Shown here in pieces: positions 28,205 through 37,181 of a DNA stretch of 64,000 nt; positions within the stretch are counted from its first letter, which is position 1, and every line of letters starts with the position of its first letter. The notes beneath the pieces are model-generated. The model was not told the origin of the DNA. It ran no database searches and saw only the letters and a program-made list of their open reading frames with translations. A program made the translations under genes and the position numbers. The stretch comes from Rhodospirillales bacterium (lineage in GTDB: Bacteria; Pseudomonadota; Alphaproteobacteria; Rhodospirillales; UBA2165): positions 23,963 to 87,962 of the forward strand of contig JAJDXO010000057.1 of NCBI GenBank assembly GCA_022823235.1. Reading direction: 5' to 3'.

Positions 28205-29248
28205 ATGACCAAACTCCGGATCGGCATTGCGGGCTTCGGCGTGGTCGGCAAAAGGCGGCGCACGTTCATAGACGCTCATCCCGATCTGACGACCGTCGCC
28301 GTCTGCGACCGCACGTTCGGGCGCGAGCAGACGGCGGAGGACGGCCTCGATTGCTTTTCGGACTACCGGCGGCTGCTGGACAAGGAACTCGATGCCCTGT
28401 TCATCTGCATGACGAACGACATGGCGGCCGAAGTGACCATTGCCGGCCTGGAACGCGGCCTGAACGTGTTCTGCGAAAAACCGCCGGGCCGCGACCTTGA
28501 GGATATCGCAAGGGTAATTGCCGTCGAGAGAAACCGCCCCGGGCAAAAATTGATGTACGGCTTCAATCACCGCCACCACGATTCGGTGCGCGATGCCCTC
28601 GAACTCGTACGGTCCAATGACCTCGGCAGGATCATCAACCTGCGGGGCGTCTACGGAAAATCGAAAATTATCAATTTTGAAACCGATTGGCGCACGCAGA
28701 GATCGATCGCGGGCGGCGGCATTTTGCTCGACCAGGGCATTCACATGGTCGACTTGCTGCGGTTGTTTGCCGGGGAGTTCATGGACGTCAAAAGCTTCGT
28801 TTCAAACGGTCACTGGGGCCACGATGTCGAGGACAACGCCTATGCGCTGTTGCGCACGGGTGACGGCGTGGTCGCCATGCTGCACTCCTCGGCCACCCAA
28901 TGGCAGCACAGATTCAGCCTGGAGATCACTCTGGAGCACGGCGCGATCATCCTGTCCGGCCTCCTGACAAGTTCCAAGAGCTACGGCGCGGAAACCCTGA
29001 CCGTCTTCAACAAGACCCCGGCCGATCAAGGGGACCCCGAAGGCATAACCACGGCCTACGATACCGACCCGTCCTGGGCGGCGGAAATATCCGACTTTGC
29101 CGATGCCGTGCTGAATGATGCGCCGATGAAGTTCGGAACGTCGCACGACGCCTGGGAAACCATGAAACTGGTGAGCCGAATCTACTGTGCGGACCCCGAG
29201 TGGAAACAACGCTGGAATTTGACCGACGATGCAACCCTGCCAGGCTGA
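28205..29248 (+). CDS. Gfo/Idh/MocA oxidoreductase
   Basis: IGIAGFGVVG, VFCEKP, GFNHR, GGGILLDQGIHMVD. Confidence 0.9.
   Translation: MTKLRIGIAGFGVVGKRRRTFIDAHPDLTTVAVCDRTFGREQTAEDGLDCFSDYRRLLDKELDALFICMTNDMAAEVTIAGLERGLNVFCEKPPGRDLEDIARVIAVERNRPGQKLMYGFNHRHHDSVRDALELVRSNDLGRIINLRGVYGKSKIINFETDWRTQRSIAGGGILLDQGIHMVDLLRLFAGEFMDVKSFVSNGHWGHDVEDNAYALLRTGDGVVAMLHSSATQWQHRFSLEITLEHGAIILSGLLTSSKSYGAETLTVFNKTPADQGDPEGITTAYDTDPSWAAEISDFADAVLNDAPMKFGTSHDAWETMKLVSRIYCADPEWKQRWNLTDDATLPG
29144..29248 (+). repeat. 105-bp direct repeat, copy 1 (3' end of the Gfo gene)
   Basis: Aligns without gaps to 30116-30220 with about 12 mismatches (counted by hand). Confidence 0.92.
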
Positions 29249-29270
29249 CCCAGGGTCCGGACTCGATTAG

Positions 29271-30137
29271 ATGCCAACAACCAAGAAGGACGTCCAGCGG
29301 TTCTGGGGGCGCTTCACGACTCCTTCAACGCGGGGGCCGGGGACGGGCCCGGCCGCGACGATTTGCTCCAGGGCCTCGACGACCTGGGAGATGCCCCTGC
29401 GGGCGCTCGAGGGTCTGCGGGTTCTGGAAGTGGGCTCGGGCGCCGGCGGCCATTCCGCCCTGTTCGCCCGCCGCGGGGCGCGGGTGACGGCGGTGGATTT
29501 GACGGCGGCGCGGTCGCGCGCCACCCGGGACAAGTTTCGGCTTCTGGGCGAGTCGGCCTCGGGCTGCCTGGCGCTGCAGGCGGACGGGGAGCGGCTGCCT
29601 TTCGCGGAAGACAGCTTCGACATCGTCTATTCCAACGGCGTCCTGCACCACACGCCGGACACGGAAGCCGCCGTCGCCGAAGTCCTCCGCGTCCTCAAGC
29701 CCGGGGGAAGGGCCGTGGTCATGCTCTACTGCAAGTCCTCCTGGCACTACTGGATCAACATGTGGCTCTGCGTCGGCGTGCTCCAGGGCAAGGCGTTCCG
29801 GGATCGCCACTGGCTGGGCAAGGCGACCGAGTGGGGCGGCGGCCACGCCCAGACGGTCGAGAACCCCGTCACCCGCTGCTACACCGCCGCCGGCCTCCGC
29901 CGGCTGTTCGCGGGCTTCGCCGGGCTGAGCCTGCGCAAGGGCGAGTTCTACTTCTACCTGGTGCCGAAGCTCGGCCGGTTGTACCGGCGCTGGCAGGTGC
30001 GCCGCTACGGCACCCACCCGGGGGGCGTGCTGGTCTATGGGGAGCCGTGGCCGATCCAGTCGCCCCTGGAGCGCTTTCTCGGCCCGGTCATGGGCTGGGC
30101 CTGGTTCATCACCGCCACGAAGCCTGGGAAACCATGA
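29271..30137 (+). CDS. Class I SAM methyltransferase; 5' end possibly degraded
   Basis: VLEVGSGAG, VDLT, ADGERLPF..SFDIVYSNGVLHH, RVLKPGG; the stop lies inside repeat copy 2. Confidence 0.75.
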   Translation: MPTTKKDVQRFWGRFTTPSTRGPGTGPAATICSRASTTWEMPLRALEGLRVLEVGSGAGGHSALFARRGARVTAVDLTAARSRATRDKFRLLGESASGCLALQADGERLPFAEDSFDIVYSNGVLHHTPDTEAAVAEVLRVLKPGGRAVVMLYCKSSWHYWINMWLCVGVLQGKAFRDRHWLGKATEWGGGHAQTVENPVTRCYTAAGLRRLFAGFAGLSLRKGEFYFYLVPKLGRLYRRWQVRRYGTHPGGVLVYGEPWPIQSPLERFLGPVMGWAWFITATKPGKP

Positions 30138-30220
30138 AACTGGTGAGCCGTATCTACCGTGCGGACCCCGAATGGAAACGGCGCTGGAACCTGACCGGCC
30201 ATGCGACCTTGCCAGGCTGA
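30116..30220 (+). repeat. 105-bp direct repeat, copy 2 (orphan Gfo 3' end)
   Basis: Encodes HEAWETMKLVSRIYRADPEWKRRWNLTGHATLPG*, versus HDAWETMKLVSRIYCADPEWKQRWNLTDDATLPG* in copy 1. Confidence 0.92.
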
Positions 30221-30221
30221 T

Positions 30222-32138
30222 CTATTTCGACAAGCGGCGTTCCAGTTCGGCGATAACGGACGGCCCATCATAGACCGCCGTGTTGACCCCGGCGAAAACC
30301 GGTTCGAGAGAATTGATGACGGGCTTCAGGTACGATCCAAATCGCACCTTTGAATAATCGACCTCGCGCGTCTCGGTGGCCGCATTCGGATTCTGCGACC
30401 GGGTCAGTCTCACGGTCGAGACCAGGAAATACCGGAACTTTAGCTGCTTGGCGCGCCGGACGTACTCCTCGATGGATATCGCCGGCGGACTGGACTGCCG
30501 CAGCCACCAATCGCCTTCATCGTCGAAATAGGTCCTGACGACGTTTTGATGCGGGCAGTAGAACGAATGAAAATCCACCGTTGCCGAGTAATAGTATTCG
30601 CCGGGACGCAGATTTTGCTTGAGAAAGCCGCAGGTCAGGAAGTGGTTCAGCCTCATCGTGGGCGTATTGGATTGATATTCGGAAGGGCTCATGATCCCCA
30701 GGGCGACAGGCAGCCGGATCGCCGCGTAGGCGCCGATGAACATTCCCTGAACCGCCACGTAAACGAGAGCAACGGCCAGAAAAGCCGGCAACAGGACTTT
30801 CCGCCCCCGCATCAGGCCCCAAGCCCACGTCATGCCGTCGGCCGCCATCCCGGCGACGAACGGGAGCACCGGAATGAGAAATCGCACCTGTTGGGAAAAC
30901 AGGAAAAACCAAAGCACGAAGTAAATTGCGGCGACAATTCCGGGGATCGCCCACCGCCGGCGCCCTTCCCGGTCAAGCAGGATCAAAGGGAACAGCGCGA
31001 GCAGATACGGTGCGCCGAGCATCATGCCGTCGAAATAATGCATGGGGAATACGGACATCATCCAAGGCGCCAGCAGGAGGTCGAGCACGCTCCTGCCCGT
31101 GCCAAACGAATCCGCAACGCCCGAAAGTACATCCAGACCGCCGGGATTGAAGAGCGGGACGTACAGGGGATAGACGGGATTTCCGGTGATCACGGCGTTG
31201 CGCGCCAGGAACGGGAGCAGAACCGCAACGCCTCCGGCCGTCACGGCGGCGACGTCCAGCCAGCGCTTCCGCCGGCCCAATTCAACGAGAACGATGGGCG
31301 CGAAGGCGAGGGCAATCCCGAGACCTTGGTACTTGGTGAGAATCGACCCGCCGAGCACCACGCCGAACAAAATCGACAGCCGCGCCTCCGGCGATTTCCG
31401 CAGGGCCAGATAGACCAGCATGGAGGAGACAGCGAACGCCGCGACGACCGGGTCCGTTTCCACTGTCGCCATTTGCCAAATGACGGCGCGAATACTCAGG
31501 AAGAATATTCCGGCGATGAGCGACGTGGCGGCGCTTGCCCCCAGCCGGCGCGCCACGAGGCCCGCGCCGACGGCAGCGGCGAGATCGAAAAAACCGTGAA
31601 TAATCTGCGCGGCGCCAGGGCCTGCCAAGACCAGGGAATATCGGGAAATATTGGTGCCGAAATTGGGAAAAAAGGATTGCGGCAAACGGTGTGCCCACGG
31701 GATATCGACAAATCCGCGCGCGACATCGATCGCCGGAATCGTCAGATGGTAGACCATGCTGTCGTAGTTGCTCGGCGGCGCAAGCCCTTGCAGCAAGGTG
31801 AAAACGACAACGACGCCGGCAACGGCGAGCAGGCCGAGCTGAAACGGTTCGCCGGCCGGGAAGCAGGATTTGACGATGAGACGCCAATTGATACGCCGCA
31901 GGCCCGGCACGGCGGCGGCCAACGCGACAATGGCCAGACCCCCCATGGACGGCAGGTCCAGACGCCATGAGGAAACCGCGAAAGTCCCAAAATAGAAGAG
32001 GATCGCTCCGGCGATAAACGAGAGCAGCAGATTTTCGTGGTCCGTCAACCTGCGCTCCCTGTCGAACCAGGCGAGCGCGGCGGCTCCAAGTCCGATCGCG
32101 GTCGCCAGATAGACCGCTGCGACGGCAAGATCAATCAT
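30222..32138 (-). CDS. Polytopic membrane protein, probable GT-C (ArnT/PMT-like) glycosyltransferase
   Basis: More than 12 TM segments; D..VYH loop motif, KYQG, ITGNPVYP, RFLIP. Confidence 0.65.
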   Translation of the reverse strand: MIDLAVAAVYLATAIGLGAAALAWFDRERRLTDHENLLLSFIAGAILFYFGTFAVSSWRLDLPSMGGLAIVALAAAVPGLRRINWRLIVKSCFPAGEPFQLGLLAVAGVVVVFTLLQGLAPPSNYDSMVYHLTIPAIDVARGFVDIPWAHRLPQSFFPNFGTNISRYSLVLAGPGAAQIIHGFFDLAAAVGAGLVARRLGASAATSLIAGIFFLSIRAVIWQMATVETDPVVAAFAVSSMLVYLALRKSPEARLSILFGVVLGGSILTKYQGLGIALAFAPIVLVELGRRKRWLDVAAVTAGGVAVLLPFLARNAVITGNPVYPLYVPLFNPGGLDVLSGVADSFGTGRSVLDLLLAPWMMSVFPMHYFDGMMLGAPYLLALFPLILLDREGRRRWAIPGIVAAIYFVLWFFLFSQQVRFLIPVLPFVAGMAADGMTWAWGLMRGRKVLLPAFLAVALVYVAVQGMFIGAYAAIRLPVALGIMSPSEYQSNTPTMRLNHFLTCGFLKQNLRPGEYYYSATVDFHSFYCPHQNVVRTYFDDEGDWWLRQSSPPAISIEEYVRRAKQLKFRYFLVSTVRLTRSQNPNAATETREVDYSKVRFGSYLKPVINSLEPVFAGVNTAVYDGPSVIAELERRLSK

Positions 32139-32141
32139 CGA

Positions 32142-32276
32142 TCAGAAGAGAGACGGAAACAGGAAGGAACCGAAGCGGGCGAACTGGGTTTCGAAGTAAC
32201 CCAGATTGACGAACAGATAGGAAGACAGGACGGCGGTCATCCAGGCAAGCACGGCCAAGGCTTTTGCGCTATCCAA
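32142..32276 (-). CDS. 44-aa single-pass membrane protein (not in the ORF track)
   Basis: GGAGG RBS 9 nt before TTG; MDSAKALAVLAWMTAVLSSYLFVNLGYFETQFARFGSFLFPSLF; the stop sits 3 nt before the GT-C ATG. Confidence 0.55.
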   Translation of the reverse strand: MDSAKALAVLAWMTAVLSSYLFVNLGYFETQFARFGSFLFPSLF

Positions 32277-32430
32277 GTTTTCCGTCCTCCCGGAGACCGC
32301 GACGTTCAGGCTGCCGCATGATAACGATTGCCCCGCTCGAAGTTAAGCCCACCGGCTCGGCCCAATTGGAATTATTCACCGTCATCCGGCGGATCGCCGC
32401 GGTGAGTCGAAACAACATTAGCCACTCGGG

Positions 32431-34095
32431 ATGTTGAGTTCCGCAACCGGGACCATCGTCCGGCGGGCGCGCCGGATCGCGGCCGACCCGGTGCTGCGGC
32501 GATGGCTGGTCAGGCGGGCTTTGCGGCTTACGCCGGACGCCCCAAGCTACACGCCCCACCAACCGCCCTATCTGGCGGACCGCCTCCCGATTCGCACAGA
32601 GCCTCCCGACCCCTCACCGCCATTCCCGGAACTGTCGCCGGCCGTCCCGGCGGCGTCATTGAAGCTGTGTCTGGCAAGCCGGTCCATCGAGCTGGAACCC
32701 GGCGACGAGAAACAACTTTTCGAACGCCGATTTTCCGATCTGGAAGATCATCTGGCTTTGCACCGTTTCTCCTGGCTGCCCTTGGCCGAGAGCATGGACC
32801 CCGCCTGGGTGAGCGCGATATTCGGCGTCTGGCGGGAGTTCATCCGGCGTTCGAGCGATCCTTGGATCTGGCATCCCTATACGGCCGCGGAGCGCGCCGT
32901 GAATTTACTGGCGTTCGGCCGGGCCCAAGGCCTCCCCGCCCCCCTGGCCGACACCCTGGACCTGCTCGCGGATCATGCCCAGCGAATCGGTAACGCGCTC
33001 GAGTATTTCGGCCAACACAACACATCAAACCACTTGGCGAACAACGGGCGCGGACTGTATCTGCTGGGTCTTGAACTCGGTCTCGCCGAGGCCCGGGAGG
33101 CCGGCTGCATCATTCTCATGAAGGAAGCGGAACGCTTGTTCATGCCGTCGGGGGTCCTGCGGGAAGGATCCAGCCACTACCATCTGCTTCTGGCCCGCAA
33201 CTATTTTCAGGTCGCCAACGCCGCCGCGGCCCGAAACCGCCCGGAGGCGGCCGGCCTTTCGGCGACCGCCGAGAGATCGCTGCAAGCCGCCCGGGCGCTC
33301 GTTCTTCCGGGCGGGTTGCCGTTGATCGGTGACATTTCGCCCGATTGTCCGCCATCGGGCCTGATGGCGGCGCTCCCCGACCGGCCGCCCGCACCGCCGG
33401 ACATGTTGGACCGAATGGCCTCGGACGGCTGGCTCCGGTTTGCCGGCGGCTCGTGGACCGGCCTCTGGTACGTGCCGCCCGACGGCTGGCCACCCATGCC
33501 CGGACACGGCCACAACGACTGCGGATCGTTCGAGTTGCATTTCGGCGACGAGCCAATATTCGTCGACCCGGGCCGGGGGCGATATGGGGAATCCGGAGAC
33601 GCCGCCCATTACCGGTCGGGCGCCTCGCACAATGGCATAAGCATCGACGGCATCGATGCCTACCCCGCCAACAAGCCCTATTATTCGGAAGAATTTCGCC
33701 GGACCGTTTGCGGCCGGCCGCCGGTGCTTTCCCGTACGGCCAACAGGGTCAGCCTGCGGTTCGAAGGATTCAGGCGGCGGCGCGGTCTGGGCGCCGTGGA
33801 GCGGCATTGGCGGTTTGCCGGACCCGATGTCGTGATCGCCGATTCCATTGAAGGTTCGGGCACACACAAAATCACCCGCCGAATCGCCACGCCGTTGGCG
33901 GCGGAACTCGCCGGCAATGGGGTCAGGTTGTCATCTTCCGCCGGCAATTGGTCCGTCGGTGCGCCGGGCGACGTGTCTCTCAGGCCCATCACGAGATGGC
34001 ACGCCTATGGCCACGGGACGCCGATTTCCCAAATTGTAATCGAGGAGACGGCGGCGCTTCCGTGGCGGGGCGAGATACGGGTCCGGGCCACATGA
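32431..34095 (+). CDS. Heparinase II/III family protein
   Basis: NHLANN, REGSSHYH, GHGHND..SF, DPG..Y, SHN motifs. Confidence 0.8.
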   Translation: MLSSATGTIVRRARRIAADPVLRRWLVRRALRLTPDAPSYTPHQPPYLADRLPIRTEPPDPSPPFPELSPAVPAASLKLCLASRSIELEPGDEKQLFERRFSDLEDHLALHRFSWLPLAESMDPAWVSAIFGVWREFIRRSSDPWIWHPYTAAERAVNLLAFGRAQGLPAPLADTLDLLADHAQRIGNALEYFGQHNTSNHLANNGRGLYLLGLELGLAEAREAGCIILMKEAERLFMPSGVLREGSSHYHLLLARNYFQVANAAAARNRPEAAGLSATAERSLQAARALVLPGGLPLIGDISPDCPPSGLMAALPDRPPAPPDMLDRMASDGWLRFAGGSWTGLWYVPPDGWPPMPGHGHNDCGSFELHFGDEPIFVDPGRGRYGESGDAAHYRSGASHNGISIDGIDAYPANKPYYSEEFRRTVCGRPPVLSRTANRVSLRFEGFRRRRGLGAVERHWRFAGPDVVIADSIEGSGTHKITRRIATPLAAELAGNGVRLSSSAGNWSVGAPGDVSLRPITRWHAYGHGTPISQIVIEETAALPWRGEIRVRAT

Positions 34096-35030
34096 GCCGC
34101 GCGCCATCCCGGTCCGGCAAGGCCCGCTTCGGGGACGTAAGCGTCGTGATCCCGGCGCACCGTGCCGCCGGCACCGTCGGGCGGGCGATACACAGCGTCG
34201 CCGCCGGCACGGTTCAACCCAAGGAAATAATCGTCGTAAACGATGGGGATGATCAGGACACCGCCGCCGCCGCGGAGGAAGCCTCGAGCGCCCTGACAAG
34301 CATCAAAGTGGCGGTCGTCGGCCAACCCCGGGCCGGCGCGGGCGCCGCCCGCAACCGCGGCCTTTCCGGCGCCACGGGCGAATTTGTCGCCTTTCTGGAT
34401 GCCGACGACGAGTGGATGCCCGGCAAACTCGAACGCAGCATGGAGTGGCTGGCTCGGGGCGATCTGGATTTGGTGGCCCACGATTACGTCCGGGTGGACG
34501 GGGACGACGAGCGGGTCGTTTCCTGCGCCAGGCATTTTCGGGGCGGTGAAGACCCTTACGTCTCGCTTTACAAGCGGGGCTATATCGCGACGAGCACGGT
34601 TGTCGCGCGGCGGCAATCATTGGTGCGGGCCGGCGGATTCGACACCACGCTTCAAAATGCCCAGGATTTCGAGCTGTGGCTCCGGTTGCTGGCGAAAAAC
34701 CGTGTCGCCTACGCCGTCTTCGACGAACCCCTGCTCCGCTACCATGTCTCGCCGTCGGGCATCACCAGCCATACGGACCGACGCTTGGCCTGCTGCCTCA
34801 CCGTTGCCCGGCGTCATTATCCCAGCGTTGCGCTCCATAGTGCTTTTCCCCTCCTGACACTATGGTACCGGATTGCCGCGGTCCATAAGGAAGCGATGGG
34901 CGCACACCTGCGGAAGTCGAACTGGATGAGGCTTCTGCGGACCGCTGCCGGGTTTCCGATTGCCCTGGCAACGCTGACATTCGTCACCCGAAGATTGCGG
35001 CGCGCTCCGAAAAAGACGGGAACAAGATGA
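34092..35030 (+). CDS. Glycosyltransferase family 2
   Basis: VSVVIPA, AARNRG, FLDADD, QDFELW. Confidence 0.9.
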   Translation: MSRAPSRSGKARFGDVSVVIPAHRAAGTVGRAIHSVAAGTVQPKEIIVVNDGDDQDTAAAAEEASSALTSIKVAVVGQPRAGAGAARNRGLSGATGEFVAFLDADDEWMPGKLERSMEWLARGDLDLVAHDYVRVDGDDERVVSCARHFRGGEDPYVSLYKRGYIATSTVVARRQSLVRAGGFDTTLQNAQDFELWLRLLAKNRVAYAVFDEPLLRYHVSPSGITSHTDRRLACCLTVARRHYPSVALHSAFPLLTLWYRIAAVHKEAMGAHLRKSNWMRLLRTAAGFPIALATLTFVTRRLRRAPKKTGTR

Positions 35031-35108
35031 AACCGTGCCGGCGCGGGCCGGGTATCCGGCCGCATCCTCTTGGGCCGCCAATCACCATACCTGCCGGAGT
35101 CCACTGAA

Positions 35109-35828
35109 ATGTCCGAGTCCCCGGACGAAATTTACAGCGGCTCGGATCTCGAGACGCTTGCGGCTACTCCCCGCTACCAGAGCTGGATATTTGAACGGAT
35201 CCAGCCCCATTTGAGCGGGACCGTCGCCGAATTCGGCGCGGGGATCGGCACCTTCTCAAATCTCATACTGCCGCATTGTGAAACGCTTCACCTGATAGAA
35301 CCCTCGCCACCCCTGTTCAAGAGGCTGGAAATGCGTTTCGCCGCCGATCAACGGGTTTCCGTTTCACCGGATACCATTGAGCGATATCTCACCGCCCCCG
35401 GCCGTCCCCGATTCGATGCGGTGGTCATGGTCAATGTTCTCGAGCACATTCAAGACGATGCAGCCTGTCTCGCCCAACTGCACGGGGCAATTCATCCCGG
35501 CGGTAAGCTGTTGCTTTACGTCCCGGCCATGGCGTTTCTTTTCAGCAAGCTTGACCGGGAATTCGGCCACTTCCGGCGCTACACCAAGCCGGCCCTTCAC
35601 CGCAGGCTGGCCGATGCCGGGTTCATCATCGAACACATCGGCTACATGGATTTGCTTGGCATCGCACCATGGTATTTGGTGAATACACTCGGCGGCGCCA
35701 CGGGGTTCAATCCGTTCCTCGTCCGATTATATGACGTGGTCGGCATTCCCCTGACCCGGCTTGCGGAGCGCCTGATTCCAGCGCCGGTCGGAAAAAACCT
35801 CATTGCCGTGGCTGCAAAATCATCCTAA
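35109..35828 (+). CDS. Class I SAM-dependent methyltransferase
   Basis: EFGAGIG, NVLEHI.DD, VPA...GHFRRY. Confidence 0.85.
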   Translation: MSESPDEIYSGSDLETLAATPRYQSWIFERIQPHLSGTVAEFGAGIGTFSNLILPHCETLHLIEPSPPLFKRLEMRFAADQRVSVSPDTIERYLTAPGRPRFDAVVMVNVLEHIQDDAACLAQLHGAIHPGGKLLLYVPAMAFLFSKLDREFGHFRRYTKPALHRRLADAGFIIEHIGYMDLLGIAPWYLVNTLGGATGFNPFLVRLYDVVGIPLTRLAERLIPAPVGKNLIAVAAKSS

Positions 35829-35977
35829 CTACTCCGCGTTTTGCGCATGATGGCGATATCCAGCCTGTCTCTCGGCAATTTTGAGAGTTCGATTGGCACG
35901 GCGGCGGGTGTTTCCCTCTGCCGTCCTCGTAATTTGTTTCCGTTCGCATGCCTCATTGGCGACTGCCGGGCCTCCCG

Positions 35978-36682
35978 ATGACCAAGGTCAGTATAATCAT
36001 TCCCGCTTACAACGAAGCCGCGACGATAATCGAGCTGCTTCAAAAAGTAAGCAGCCAGACGGTACAAGGTTTCGAATTGGAGACCATCGTCGTTGATGAC
36101 GGGTCTCGGGATCAGACCGTCGAACTGCTCCGCAGGCACCCCGACCTCTACACGATCCTGGTGGAGCGGAACACCAACGGCGGCAAGGGAGCCGCCGTTA
36201 TCGACGGCCTTAACAAGGCAACGGGCGAGTATATCCTGTTCCAGGATGCCGACCTGGAATATGACCCCGACGATTACGCGGGCCTGTTGGCGCCGATCTC
36301 GCGGTTCGACGCCGATGTCGTCATGGGGAGCAGGATGATCGCGTCGCCGATCACCCGGGTTTCCTATTTTTGGCATAAAGTCGGCAATCGACTAATCACG
36401 TTGATTTTCAACGTCCTCAACAATACGACCTTTACCGACGTCTATTCCTGCTACCTTGTCTACCGGCGCTCGCTGGTCGGGGCGGACCAATTGCGGTCAA
36501 AGGGATGGGAACAGCACGCGGAGATCCTCACATTGGCGGTCTCCAGGTGCAAACGGATCTATGAGGTCCCTATCAGCTACTACGGACGCACTTATGAGGA
36601 CGGAAAAAAAATACGCGCCCACCACATTTTCGGCGTGATCGTCACAATGATTACGACGGCCTTTCGGTCCGGACGCTCATGA
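35978..36682 (+). CDS. Polyprenol-phosphate glycosyltransferase (DPM1-like GT2)
   Basis: IIPAYNE, VDDGSRD, NGGKGAA, QDADLEYDP, EVPISYYGRTYEDGKKI. Confidence 0.85.
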   Translation: MTKVSIIIPAYNEAATIIELLQKVSSQTVQGFELETIVVDDGSRDQTVELLRRHPDLYTILVERNTNGGKGAAVIDGLNKATGEYILFQDADLEYDPDDYAGLLAPISRFDADVVMGSRMIASPITRVSYFWHKVGNRLITLIFNVLNNTTFTDVYSCYLVYRRSLVGADQLRSKGWEQHAEILTLAVSRCKRIYEVPISYYGRTYEDGKKIRAHHIFGVIVTMITTAFRSGRS

Positions 36683-36737
36683 TTCCGTTTGTCGCCACGT
36701 TGACCGGCGCCCGGGCCGGGGCGCGAGGAGACTGCAT

Positions 36738-37181
36738 ATGACCAAGCCCGATCATCCCGACATCGAACCCCTGACCGAAGAGGAGGTGCGGAAATGGCCC
36801 AAGGAGGTCATCGTCGCCCTCACCGAGAAGTTCGAGGACGACCGCGGGGAAATCGTGCCGCTCGTCGATCTGGCGATGAAAAGCGCGGTCTGGATCACCT
36901 CCAAAAAAGGCAGCGTTCGCGCCAATCATTATCATAAGTCCGACTGGCACTTCTGTTATGTGGTCAGCGGCTCCATCGAGTATTACCACCGCCCGCACGG
37001 CAGCGGCCGGGAACCGGAAATGGTCCTGGTGAACAAGGGCGAGTTGTTCTTCACGCCGCCAATGGTCGATCACGCCATGGTATTTCCCGAGGACACGGTA
37101 TTTCTCACCCTCGGACGCAACTCACGCAGGCAAGAGGTCTATGAGGCGGACGTGGAGCGAATCGACCCGATCAATCCGTGA
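36738..37181 (+). CDS. Cupin-fold NDP-sugar epimerase/isomerase
   Basis: DDRG, RANHYH, TPPMVDHAM. Confidence 0.75.
   Translation: MTKPDHPDIEPLTEEEVRKWPKEVIVALTEKFEDDRGEIVPLVDLAMKSAVWITSKKGSVRANHYHKSDWHFCYVVSGSIEYYHRPHGSGREPEMVLVNKGELFFTPPMVDHAMVFPEDTVFLTLGRNSRRQEVYEADVERIDPINP

Noticed and set aside
29363-30220. 285-aa alternative ORF ending in the duplicated Gfo tail
   Set aside because: Off-frame, low-complexity read of the methyltransferase; only its last 34 residues are meaningful, and these come from the repeat.
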